From Candidatus Angelobacter sp. (GTDB lineage Bacteria > Acidobacteriota > Terriglobia > Terriglobales > Acidobacteriaceae), in contig DASYKK010000017.1 of the NCBI GenBank assembly GCA_035995565.1, positions 2,286-66,285 on the forward strand: a stretch of 64,000 bases of DNA, read 5' to 3'. Numbering within the stretch: the stretch's first letter is position 1; the number at the start of each line of letters is the position of its first letter. Below, piece by piece: positions 26,091 through 33,871 of this stretch. Under the pieces are notes generated by a model. That model saw only the letters and a list, made by a program, of their open reading frames with translations. It made no database searches and was not told the DNA's origin. The translations under genes and the position numbers were made by a program.

Positions 26091-27110
26091 ATGAATGGAA
26101 ATGCAAGAGGGAACGCCGTGTATGGTTTTGAGGCAAATGCCGATTCGGGGCATGATGTGCTGTGGAGGGGGCTCCCACACTCGAATTTTTACAGGCAGAT
26201 GAAGCTTACAGGGTCGACCACACTAGAATTGACGGGCGAAACGGAGCTAGAACGTCGTGCCTGCCGCTTGGACGTGGATCGCCATGCTGCGTTGGGCGCG
26301 TTTATAAACGCTAGTGGGCTGCATTTCACTACAATTATGCTTGGCATCTACCATGTAGTGCTGCAGTGGTATCTCGGAGATGTTGAGAGTATCATCGGCT
26401 GCTGCTTGCTGGAAAACGGCACGCCTCAAGGCGCCGAGGGCGGAATCCCGATAGTCCGATTGCGTCCCAGCTATGTGTACGCCGAGGATGATGATCGCAT
26501 CGAGGATGTGTTGCGAGATATCGAAGAGCGGCGCGCCGGACACCCTGTCGAAGTCGATATAGACACTTGTTCGTCGTGGACTTCCAAACGCGCTCCCACC
26601 TTTTACTATGTGGGTATTGAGGGCAGGGGCTTGAGCCATTCCGATACTGTAAACATCGCGGCCAGCCACTTGCCATTCCGTGTGATCGTCGGAGCTGCAA
26701 CGGAGGTAAATGGAACGGAACTCAGTATATCCATACCGTCCGCCATATCTCATGCGATCCCAATGCAAGACTTCCACCGGCGGCACGATACTGCACTTTC
26801 CTCATTGCTCGCGGGGAATTGTTCGCTGGTTGGTGAACTCAAGGCGCAGTTAGGCGACGCTGCGGAGGTCCCGTATCATCAGATCGAAGAAATGCAACAG
26901 AGAGTGATTACCCTTTGGGCTACGGTGCTCGGCATCCCAAAGGAGAAGGTAGACGCAACCTCGAATTACTACGAGTTGGGGGGAACATCCCTCAATGCGT
27001 TTCGGCTTGTCAATCGCGTGCGTCTGGAGTTGAAGCGTGACCTGAGCATCTGGGACATCGTAGAGAATCCGACCGTGGAACAGTTGTCACTGGCCCTGCT
27101 CAGGGACTAA
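26091..27110 (+). CDS. stand-alone carrier protein (PCP) with ~260-aa N-terminal region of uncertain function
   Basis: ATG lies 1 nt after the upstream TAA. The C-terminal segment is RVITLWATVLGIPKEKVDATSNYYELGGTSLNAFRLVNRV (PCP, GGxS). The N-terminal part (…GLHFTTIMLGIYHVVLQWYLGDVESIIGCC…) weakly resembles the C-terminal half of a condensation domain and has no HHxxxDG. Confidence 0.7.
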   Translation: MNGNARGNAVYGFEANADSGHDVLWRGLPHSNFYRQMKLTGSTTLELTGETELERRACRLDVDRHAALGAFINASGLHFTTIMLGIYHVVLQWYLGDVESIIGCCLLENGTPQGAEGGIPIVRLRPSYVYAEDDDRIEDVLRDIEERRAGHPVEVDIDTCSSWTSKRAPTFYYVGIEGRGLSHSDTVNIAASHLPFRVIVGAATEVNGTELSISIPSAISHAIPMQDFHRRHDTALSSLLAGNCSLVGELKAQLGDAAEVPYHQIEEMQQRVITLWATVLGIPKEKVDATSNYYELGGTSLNAFRLVNRVRLELKRDLSIWDIVENPTVEQLSLALLRD

Positions 27111-27116
27111 GCCGGG

Positions 27117-29201
27117 GTGTGCGACGTGGCTGATTTACAAATACAAGAGACGTCCCGAAGCGAAGTTCTCACCGCTGATGCTTTATTCCGTCGGAATGTC
27201 GCTGTTCGAGGCGAAGCACTCGCAGTTCAAGATGCAGTACAGGCCTGCACTTACCGAGAGTTAAATTCCAGGGCTTGCGCACTGGCTCATGAATTGCGAA
27301 AACGGGGTGTGTGCGCTGGTGACCGGGTGGTTATCTACTCCGAAAGAGGAATGCACGTCGTGATCGCCGTTTTGGCGGTCATGAAAGCTCAGGGCGTTTT
27401 TGTGCCGGTAGGTCTTGATACCCCGGCAGCCCGCTTGGCGTTCATCCTGAGCGATGCCAATTCCAAGTTGCTCCTCGCCGACAGAGCCGGCCGCGAGAGA
27501 TTAGCAGGATGTGATCTACATTTCCAGGCTGTCGTTATCGATGAGGTTGCATCCCGCAGCCTGGACGATCACGCACCTGACGATTGCGGTTCCTTAGATA
27601 CGACGCAAGTTCAGCCGAATGACCTCGCGTATATCATCTACACGTCCGGAACAAGTGGCGAACCAAAGGGTGTCATGATCGAGCACGGCAGTCTCGCGCG
27701 GAGGTATCATGACTGGGACCAGCCGTTTCAGCTCAGTCGTTTACGGCCGCGAATACTGCAGATTGCCAAGTTCGGGTTCGACGTGTTCGTTGGCGATCTC
27801 GTGAAGGCGCTTTGTTCAGGCGGCGTGCTTGTGATCTGTCCAACCGAGGCTGTGGCTGATCCGGTTCAACTCTATCGATGGCTTGTCGATGGGGCAATCG
27901 ACTACGTCGATATTGTTCCTGCCGTTTTGCGACCTCTCGTCGATTACCTGGAGCTGTCGGGACAAAATCTGGCCTGTGTGGGAGTGATCAACTGTGGCGC
28001 TGACCTGTGGACGAAAGAGGAATATCAGAGAAGCTGGCGCGTTACGAAAGCGGTGCGATTATTCAACGGTTATGGAGTAACAGAATGCACCATCGAGAGC
28101 ACGCTGTTTGAGGATGACGGCATGCTGGAAGGCAAGAACAGGCTGCCTATCGGTCGGGCCCTCGACAGTGACCAGATACTCATTTTGAATGAAGACCGTG
28201 AACCTGTGGCCATCGGCACGACCGGTGAAATATGCATTGGGGGTACTTGTGTGGCGCGCGGCTATCTCAACCGGCCTGAGTTGAACCAGAAAGCTTTCTT
28301 TGTGCGAACGGATAGTCAAGGGCAGCACGTCAGGTTTTACCGAACGGGTGATCTGGGTCGAATTGATGCTAACGGCGTGTTGGAGTTCTTGGGCAGGATC
28401 GATTCGCAGGTAAAGATCAACGGCCAGCGAATCGAACTTGAGGAGATCGAGAGAGTGCTTGGGCGCCTGCCAAACGTGCGCCAGGCTGCAGTCTGTTTCG
28501 AGATGAACCAACGTACGTTGACGGCATTCATCAAGGCAACGCATGGAACTACGCTCAATGCTTCCGATGTAACCACGCAGCTGCGGCGTTATCTTCCCGC
28601 ACACATGATCCCGAGCGCGATTGTGTTCGTCCCGGACTTCCCGCTGAACCAGAATGGCAAGATCGACAGAGGCCGACTGGCAAACGATCGTGACCGCTAT
28701 ACAACGCATGCGCCGCCGAATAGGAATCACGAGCTGCATCAAATCCGCAGTGTGACAGAGTTTTACGAGCGCCTCAGCCTCGGGGGCATCGACCTTATCT
28801 CCGTTGTGAGCGAGTTTGTGAAACCGTCCACGAGTTTTGCCTTGATAGTGATCGGCGCGTTTGCCCATGGGACCGCAAGTGCAACTTCTCCCGTCGAGTT
28901 GTTGATCCTCCTGGATGACGCTCGTGCGATGAAGCGACGGAAAAAAGACCTGGCTGGCGCTTGCGTCGAGTACTCCATGGGGCCCGAAGATAGCTACCCG
29001 AGAATTTCTGTTAGTCTCGACGGGCTCAAAATTCTTCTAACTTTCCTAATTGGAAAACCTGACGACGAAAACTTTTCACGAAAAGAGATAGCGAATCTGG
29101 TGACGAGTGACTGGATCGTGCAAGGCCAAGATGCAGTTGAGTCCTGGGTTCGCTTTTACCGGAGGCAGCAAATTGATTCCGGTGACAGGACCGCACCATG
29201 A
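27117..29201 (+). CDS. stand-alone adenylation enzyme fused to a C-terminal degenerate nucleotidyltransferase-like domain
   Basis: A motifs: YRELNSRA, IYTSGTSGEPKGV (27639-27671), NGYGVTEC, GEICIGGTCVARGYLN, YRTGDLGR, GRIDSQVKINGQRIELEEIE, PLNQNGKIDR. It has no T domain. The tail at 28749-29198 is paralogous to the ORF at 32723-33703. Confidence 0.85.
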   Translation: MCDVADLQIQETSRSEVLTADALFRRNVAVRGEALAVQDAVQACTYRELNSRACALAHELRKRGVCAGDRVVIYSERGMHVVIAVLAVMKAQGVFVPVGLDTPAARLAFILSDANSKLLLADRAGRERLAGCDLHFQAVVIDEVASRSLDDHAPDDCGSLDTTQVQPNDLAYIIYTSGTSGEPKGVMIEHGSLARRYHDWDQPFQLSRLRPRILQIAKFGFDVFVGDLVKALCSGGVLVICPTEAVADPVQLYRWLVDGAIDYVDIVPAVLRPLVDYLELSGQNLACVGVINCGADLWTKEEYQRSWRVTKAVRLFNGYGVTECTIESTLFEDDGMLEGKNRLPIGRALDSDQILILNEDREPVAIGTTGEICIGGTCVARGYLNRPELNQKAFFVRTDSQGQHVRFYRTGDLGRIDANGVLEFLGRIDSQVKINGQRIELEEIERVLGRLPNVRQAAVCFEMNQRTLTAFIKATHGTTLNASDVTTQLRRYLPAHMIPSAIVFVPDFPLNQNGKIDRGRLANDRDRYTTHAPPNRNHELHQIRSVTEFYERLSLGGIDLISVVSEFVKPSTSFALIVIGAFAHGTASATSPVELLILLDDARAMKRRKKDLAGACVEYSMGPEDSYPRISVSLDGLKILLTFLIGKPDDENFSRKEIANLVTSDWIVQGQDAVESWVRFYRRQQIDSGDRTAP
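28749..29198 (+). other. NTase-like C-terminal domain with catalytic residues replaced
   Basis: IDLISVVSEFVKPSTSFALIVIGAFAHGTASATSPVELLILLDD aligns with IDLTSLVFEFIKPASEVGVLVTGSIATRIATEVSDLDVLILAPS of the free-standing paralogue. At the catalytic positions GS becomes GA, DLD becomes PVE, and VDL becomes ILL. Confidence 0.65.
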
Positions 29202-30106
29202 CGAGACTCGGCATCTGTCACATCAGTTTCACGCCAGGTGATCAGCCGATTTGGTACCGGGATCTGCCGGATATCGAGGAGCAGATTCGCCTCCTAAACA
29301 TTCCCGATGAGGAAGATCTCTGGGAGTGGGGCTACTGCCGTCGCTCTTCCGGAGAGTATACCGCTCACGTTGCGGGTGGGTTCGGAGACCTAATGACGTA
29401 CCTGAGCGCTGAGAAAATCGAAGTGGATGCCGTGCTGGCCTGCGGTCCCTTTCAGAACAGTGCGGAGTGCTTCAGCGACGAGCTCCGAGCCGGCGTCCTT
29501 CCAGGAATTTCGATTCATCCTGACAAGTTGCACACCGTGGATGATCGAGAATGTATCAATGTTGCCCACGCGCTGGCGGAGGCAAGAGATTTGATCTACT
29601 CGGGTCACAGATACGTGCTGATCCTGGCGGCGGAAAAGCTAGAGCAAGACCGCTGCCGGTTTCGAAAGTACTCCATGGTCAGCGACTTTTGCTTCGCGAT
29701 TATCGTTACTAGCGTGATTGCACGTTGCCCCTGGGAACTGCTACATGTGCATATTGGCGCTGATCTGGATCCGAGTGAAGACACTGGCAAGATCCTGATG
29801 CGGCAGCTCGAGAGGGATTGCGTGGCAACTGTCCTGGCCGTTCATGGTTTGAAACCGCCTGACATTTCCAAATTCTTCTACTTGAACCTCTTTACACCTA
29901 TCGCCGAGATGAAAGCGAAGCACACCGGCTTCGCGTCCTCGCAAATCTATACCGAAGTGACGAAAGCAATGGCGCATTGCAACGGCGCCGACCCATTTAT
30001 CAATTTGCACACATATTCCGCAACTGGCCGCCCCGGTGAGATCTATGTGCTGTGCGCCTCGGCGCGGGCGCATGCAGCAGTTTGCCTTGTGGCTCGCCTG
30101 CATTAG
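29198..30106 (+). CDS. thiolase-fold, KAS III (FabH)-like protein; probable acyltransferase (tentative)
   Basis: ATGA overlap with the upstream gene. By-eye alignment to FabH: HTVDDRECINVAHALAEARDLIYSGHRYVLILAAEKL versus [37 protein letters not shown]. The Cys is retained. MVSDFCFAIIV aligns with IFGDGAGAAVL, and AHCNGADP with RHGNTSAA. The FabH His position appears not to be conserved. Confidence 0.5.
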   Translation: MTRLGICHISFTPGDQPIWYRDLPDIEEQIRLLNIPDEEDLWEWGYCRRSSGEYTAHVAGGFGDLMTYLSAEKIEVDAVLACGPFQNSAECFSDELRAGVLPGISIHPDKLHTVDDRECINVAHALAEARDLIYSGHRYVLILAAEKLEQDRCRFRKYSMVSDFCFAIIVTSVIARCPWELLHVHIGADLDPSEDTGKILMRQLERDCVATVLAVHGLKPPDISKFFYLNLFTPIAEMKAKHTGFASSQIYTEVTKAMAHCNGADPFINLHTYSATGRPGEIYVLCASARAHAAVCLVARLH

Positions 30107-30110
30107 GACC

Positions 30111-31244
30111 ATGCTAATCGATGAGCTAAAAATTGCTTCGAAGCGGATGCCTGAACTGGTCAAGGCGCTCAGCACTCGGGACATGATGGACCTTGAGAAC
30201 AGTGGCAGCGAATCCGTTACCGGCTTGTTGCGCGCGCATGGTGCGCCTGAGTTCCTTGTTCCCCGGGACCTTGGAGGCGGTGGTGGTTCCTTGTTGGAGA
30301 TTACACAAATTATGCGCGTCGTTGGATCCAGGTGTCCGTCGCTGTCCATAATGATGACAATGCACCACCATACAGTGGCAGCGATCGCACGTGGAATGAG
30401 CTCACTCTCTGGTGGGGCAGCATGCCTGAAGCGTGTCGCACGGGAGAGAGCGCTGGTGGCATCTGCCTTTGCTGAGGGCCGTCCGGGAGCCGATACTTTG
30501 GACTCAACTGTGCGCTGTACCCAGCTGGACGGTGGGGCTGGTTTCAGGGTGGTTGGATCCAAAAAGCCAAGTTCAATGAGCCATCATGCAAATTTCGCGT
30601 GTGTCGGCGTGTTGGTGGACATTGGCGGGCAAACAGGTCGCGGAATCGCCCTCGTGGACCGAGCGCTCGACGGGACCAATGTCAGTGATTTTTGGACATC
30701 CGAGATACTGGCATCTGCGGATTGCCATTGTCTCAAGTTCGAGGGTGTTCTTGTGCCGCACGGCTTTGTCCTCGTGCCTTTCGCCGATGGAAAGGTTGCC
30801 TGCAGGGAGGGCCTTGTAGTTGCCCATGCTGAGATCGTGATGTCGTGCCTCTTTCAAGTGCTTATAAGCGCCAGCTACTTAGGAATGGCGACTCGGCTTT
30901 GTGAGTCCGTGTTGAAGAAGCGCGGCGGCACGTCGGCACAACGTGTTGAGATCCTGAGTCGGTTGGAATCCGCGGCCGCGGCCATTTATCACCTCGCCGC
31001 GTCTGTTGAGAAAAGCGATATTTCCGCATACCTCCTGGGCAAATCAATGCTTGTGGCATGCAACACTGCTGCACAGATCGAGTACGCAGTGGCGCTGAGC
31101 GTCAAGGCTCTGGGTGGTAGCGGTTACTTAAGCAGTAAAGAAGCTCAATATCTGGTCCTCGCAAGCCACTGTCTCGATTTCCACCCGCCATCACGCCAGG
31201 TACGGGAAGAGATTATAGATGGCTGCTATACAGAATTAATTTAA
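30111..31244 (+). CDS. acyl-CoA/acyl-carrier-protein dehydrogenase-like flavoprotein
   Basis: ATG lies 4 nt after the upstream TAG. GLLRAHGAPEFLVPRDLGGGGGSLLEITQIMRVVGSRCPS, GFRVVGSKKPSS and ...ALGGSGYLSSKEAQYLVLASHCLDFHPP follow the ACAD domain order. The ~377-aa size matches aminoacyl-PCP dehydrogenases. Confidence 0.7.
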   Translation: MLIDELKIASKRMPELVKALSTRDMMDLENSGSESVTGLLRAHGAPEFLVPRDLGGGGGSLLEITQIMRVVGSRCPSLSIMMTMHHHTVAAIARGMSSLSGGAACLKRVARERALVASAFAEGRPGADTLDSTVRCTQLDGGAGFRVVGSKKPSSMSHHANFACVGVLVDIGGQTGRGIALVDRALDGTNVSDFWTSEILASADCHCLKFEGVLVPHGFVLVPFADGKVACREGLVVAHAEIVMSCLFQVLISASYLGMATRLCESVLKKRGGTSAQRVEILSRLESAAAAIYHLAASVEKSDISAYLLGKSMLVACNTAAQIEYAVALSVKALGGSGYLSSKEAQYLVLASHCLDFHPPSRQVREEIIDGCYTELI

Positions 31245-31246
31245 GG

Positions 31247-32263
31247 ATGTTTCTTAGTATCTCTATGAGTCTGCATCGAAACCCAACTCCGATGTCGTTC
31301 TTCCATGGCATACCGGTATTTCGTCTTCATTCCGCTCTCGTGGACAATACATACGCCCTTACAATCCAGGATTACGATGGTGATAGTTCCACTATCAACA
31401 ATGCAGTCTCGCAAGGTCGACTGGTTCTGATTCGCGCACTGCCATTTGATCGCGCTAGGGCCCTGTTTTGCGATCTCGTAGATCGTCATGGCTTAAGAGA
31501 TTCGTATGATATTCAGATGCAATATGTCGTGGGTTTGATGGCGGCCAGAGAACCCGTAGATCAATTCGCAGTGACTGTTAACAAACGTGGCCCCTATGAA
31601 ATAATACAGCCCCATTGCGAGGGCGACAGCAGCTCGCCCCTAGAGATTTTTGGTCTCCATTGTGTCCAAAATGCCGAATCAGGTGGTGAGAATATTTTAA
31701 GCCTGATAAGCCAGACCGCGGATCATTCCGGCCTCTGTGCGAAGGAGAAAGCCATTGTTAATACCGGCATGTCTTCGGCAGAACTGAATCGATTACGGAG
31801 AAACCACCTCGATGCAAAAACCGTAATCCCTGAGGTCCCTTGTGGCTGCAGCGTTTTGGCCCAGGTAGAACATGGGAGCATCATTGTACGCGGTGTCCCG
31901 CTAGTAAGATCCCGATCCATTGTCTCAGGTGAGGACCTGGTCAGCTATTGGGATAATGTGACCGTGCACGATCATGCTTTCCACAGATTCCAATACGAGA
32001 TACTGAAGCACCTGGGTATCTTTCATTGTAACGGGGATATAAGCGGCTATGAGGCCTACATGCATGTGGAAGACGATTCGCCTTGGGCTCCTGCGGACAC
32101 GTGCAGCGGCGATGTTGAACAAACATCGCGCTTATTTCTATGTCATATCATTTACAAAATGGAACCTGGGGACCTTCTAGTGTTCAACAATCGAGCCTGG
32201 ACGCACTCTTCAAACAACTGGCCGCCGGATCAAGTTCGAACACTGCATGCGATGTATGCATAG
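31247..32263 (+). CDS. TauD/TfdA (clavaminate-synthase-like) Fe(II)/2-oxoglutarate dioxygenase
   Basis: HxE facial-triad candidate IIQPHCEGDSS, distal His in LLVFNNRAWTHSSNNW, and Arg in QVRTLHAMY. The start could be a downstream ATG (31265 or 31292). Confidence 0.6.
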   Translation: MFLSISMSLHRNPTPMSFFHGIPVFRLHSALVDNTYALTIQDYDGDSSTINNAVSQGRLVLIRALPFDRARALFCDLVDRHGLRDSYDIQMQYVVGLMAAREPVDQFAVTVNKRGPYEIIQPHCEGDSSSPLEIFGLHCVQNAESGGENILSLISQTADHSGLCAKEKAIVNTGMSSAELNRLRRNHLDAKTVIPEVPCGCSVLAQVEHGSIIVRGVPLVRSRSIVSGEDLVSYWDNVTVHDHAFHRFQYEILKHLGIFHCNGDISGYEAYMHVEDDSPWAPADTCSGDVEQTSRLFLCHIIYKMEPGDLLVFNNRAWTHSSNNWPPDQVRTLHAMYA

Positions 32264-32323
32264 CAGCATTCAGTGTTCCTCATACCGCTCGCTAGTCTGT
32301 CGTCAGTGCGAGATCATACGGCG

Positions 32324-32688
32324 ATGGCGAAGAGGGCGAGACTGCTGGAGACCGAACGCCACTGGTTGCGCGTGTTGGGCACGTTGAATGAAGGAAGCAG
32401 GCGTGTTTGTCGCCCATAAAGCGCTGGCAGAAGGACACGGAGCGGTCAGCCGTCTAGTCCGGCTCACGAGCATGCTGCGGCCCACCTTTTTTTAAAGGTA
32501 TGGAGGAGTTGGAGGCCGGTCGCTTGCCCTACCGGAAAGAGGACGACTTCGCTGCGTGGGCGGCGGATGGAAGGGAATCGAGGAAGCCGATCCCCCGTCA
32601 AGTGAAGCCTCACAAGTTTCACGGCGACTTGAACTACACCTTCCATCTGTGGGACTCGGCGGTGATTTCGGATATTGTAATTTTGTAA
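32324..32688 (+). pseudogene. relic of an ISAzo13-family (DDE) transposase: frameshifted N-terminal HTH part joined to the extreme C-terminus
   Basis: Three frames read consecutively: MAKRARLLETERHWLRVLGTLNEGSRR / GVFVAHKALAEGHGAVSRLVRLTSMLRPTFF / KGMEELEAGRLPYRK...PHKFHGDLNYTFHL. The first parts align with the LDERxRRLxAAAEAxAxGxGGISxVSRATGVSRxxIxxGxxEL N-terminus I recall for this family. The last part resembles the FHGEWNYTI C-terminal motif. The frames change near 32400 and at the T-run at ~32487-32493. Confidence 0.5.
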
Positions 32689-32722
32689 ATTTTATTTTTC
32701 TGACAGATCCCAAGCCGAGAGC

Positions 32723-33703
32723 TTGATAGTGTCTAATATGGCTGAGAATCGCGTTGCTGCACAGTACGAATTACGTCCGCGGCTGAAGAAACGACCGCAC
32801 AAACTGCACCTTTGTTCTAGCGTCGAGGGACTAACGGCGGAGCTACGCGCCAATGATATCGACTTGACTTCCCTTGTATTCGAGTTCATCAAGCCGGCGT
32901 CCGAGGTTGGTGTTCTCGTCACCGGCTCCATTGCCACGCGCATCGCGACGGAGGTCTCAGATCTCGATGTCCTGATATTGGCGCCCTCTGCGGATGTCTT
33001 CAAAAGCCAGCGAAGGCGCGAAATTGCCGGAAGCATTCTCAATTATGTTTCTCAACCCGGGGGCGATAGGGAGCAGATCGGTCTTTTCCTTTCGGGCATT
33101 GAGGTCGATCTCGTTTTTGTGACCAATCCTGATGTCACACGATTTGTGGCATCGGCTGGGGTGTTGGATTATGGTGCCCGCAAGAAAGACAAGCACGCGA
33201 CCAACGATACGTTCACGAGCCGACTGGGCATGGGCTGGGTCATTCATGGTCAGAGCGTCGTGCAGCGCTGGAGGGAGTATTACGATAGTGAGGGTCTGCC
33301 AGCACGATGGATGTCAGAGCAATTCACCGAGGCGGCCAAGGATTTGGAGGATATGCATATCGGCATCGGACTCGCTAAGGGGCATGTGTCTGCAATAGGC
33401 GCTCGCGCCGTCAGTTGTCTTTTGCGTGCTTTACTCGCCTGTAACCGAATCTGTTCTACTTCTATCAGTTACATGAGGATAGTGAATCGGTTGATCAGCA
33501 CGGCCGATTCTGAGATGCGCGACGCCCTGATAACGGGAATGCGGTTAGCCTTCCCGCCTCTTTTCGAGACGGTGCAGGAAGAAAAGGCCTACTTTGAGGA
33601 CGTGTATGCCTATTGCGGCAAGGTCCGGACAATTCTGTCGCGAGATCCTGAAATGGTTGACATTCTTGCTTCAACCATCCATGACCTGGATCTGATACTG
33701 TGA
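32723..33703 (+). CDS. Pol-beta-superfamily nucleotidyltransferase with helical C-terminal domain (KNTase-like layout)
   Basis: hG[GS]-x10-DxD signature VLVTGSIATRIATEVSDLDVLIL (GS at 32924-32929, DLD at 32960-32968) plus a third Asp in GIEVDLVFV (33107-33109). The C-terminal ~150 aa are predicted helical. An alternative start is ATG 32738. Confidence 0.65.
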   Translation: MIVSNMAENRVAAQYELRPRLKKRPHKLHLCSSVEGLTAELRANDIDLTSLVFEFIKPASEVGVLVTGSIATRIATEVSDLDVLILAPSADVFKSQRRREIAGSILNYVSQPGGDREQIGLFLSGIEVDLVFVTNPDVTRFVASAGVLDYGARKKDKHATNDTFTSRLGMGWVIHGQSVVQRWREYYDSEGLPARWMSEQFTEAAKDLEDMHIGIGLAKGHVSAIGARAVSCLLRALLACNRICSTSISYMRIVNRLISTADSEMRDALITGMRLAFPPLFETVQEEKAYFEDVYAYCGKVRTILSRDPEMVDILASTIHDLDLIL

Positions 33704-33871
33704 GCGCACTCTTTGAAGAGCTGCGTTCCCAAGTCATTCCAGAAGGCAACACTTCCCAACAGCCCACGGCAGAGTCACCGAAAACAAAGATGGCTGTTCA
33801 TCGTATGTCGCTCGTGGCGATAGGTCTCGACTGAATAATGAACAACTTTGATCGGGGTTATTCCGACTAAT

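Noticed and set aside
33700-33834. 44-codon ORF (GTG overlapping the NTase stop; VSALFEELRSQVIPEGNTSQQPTAESPKTKMAVHRMSLVAIGLD) just upstream of the ABC exporter; considered as a precursor peptide
   Set aside because: It has no RBS, no leader/core-like features and no Cys/Ser/Thr-rich core. There are no RiPP-modifying enzymes nearby, and the start is a non-ATG codon. I cannot support it from sequence alone.
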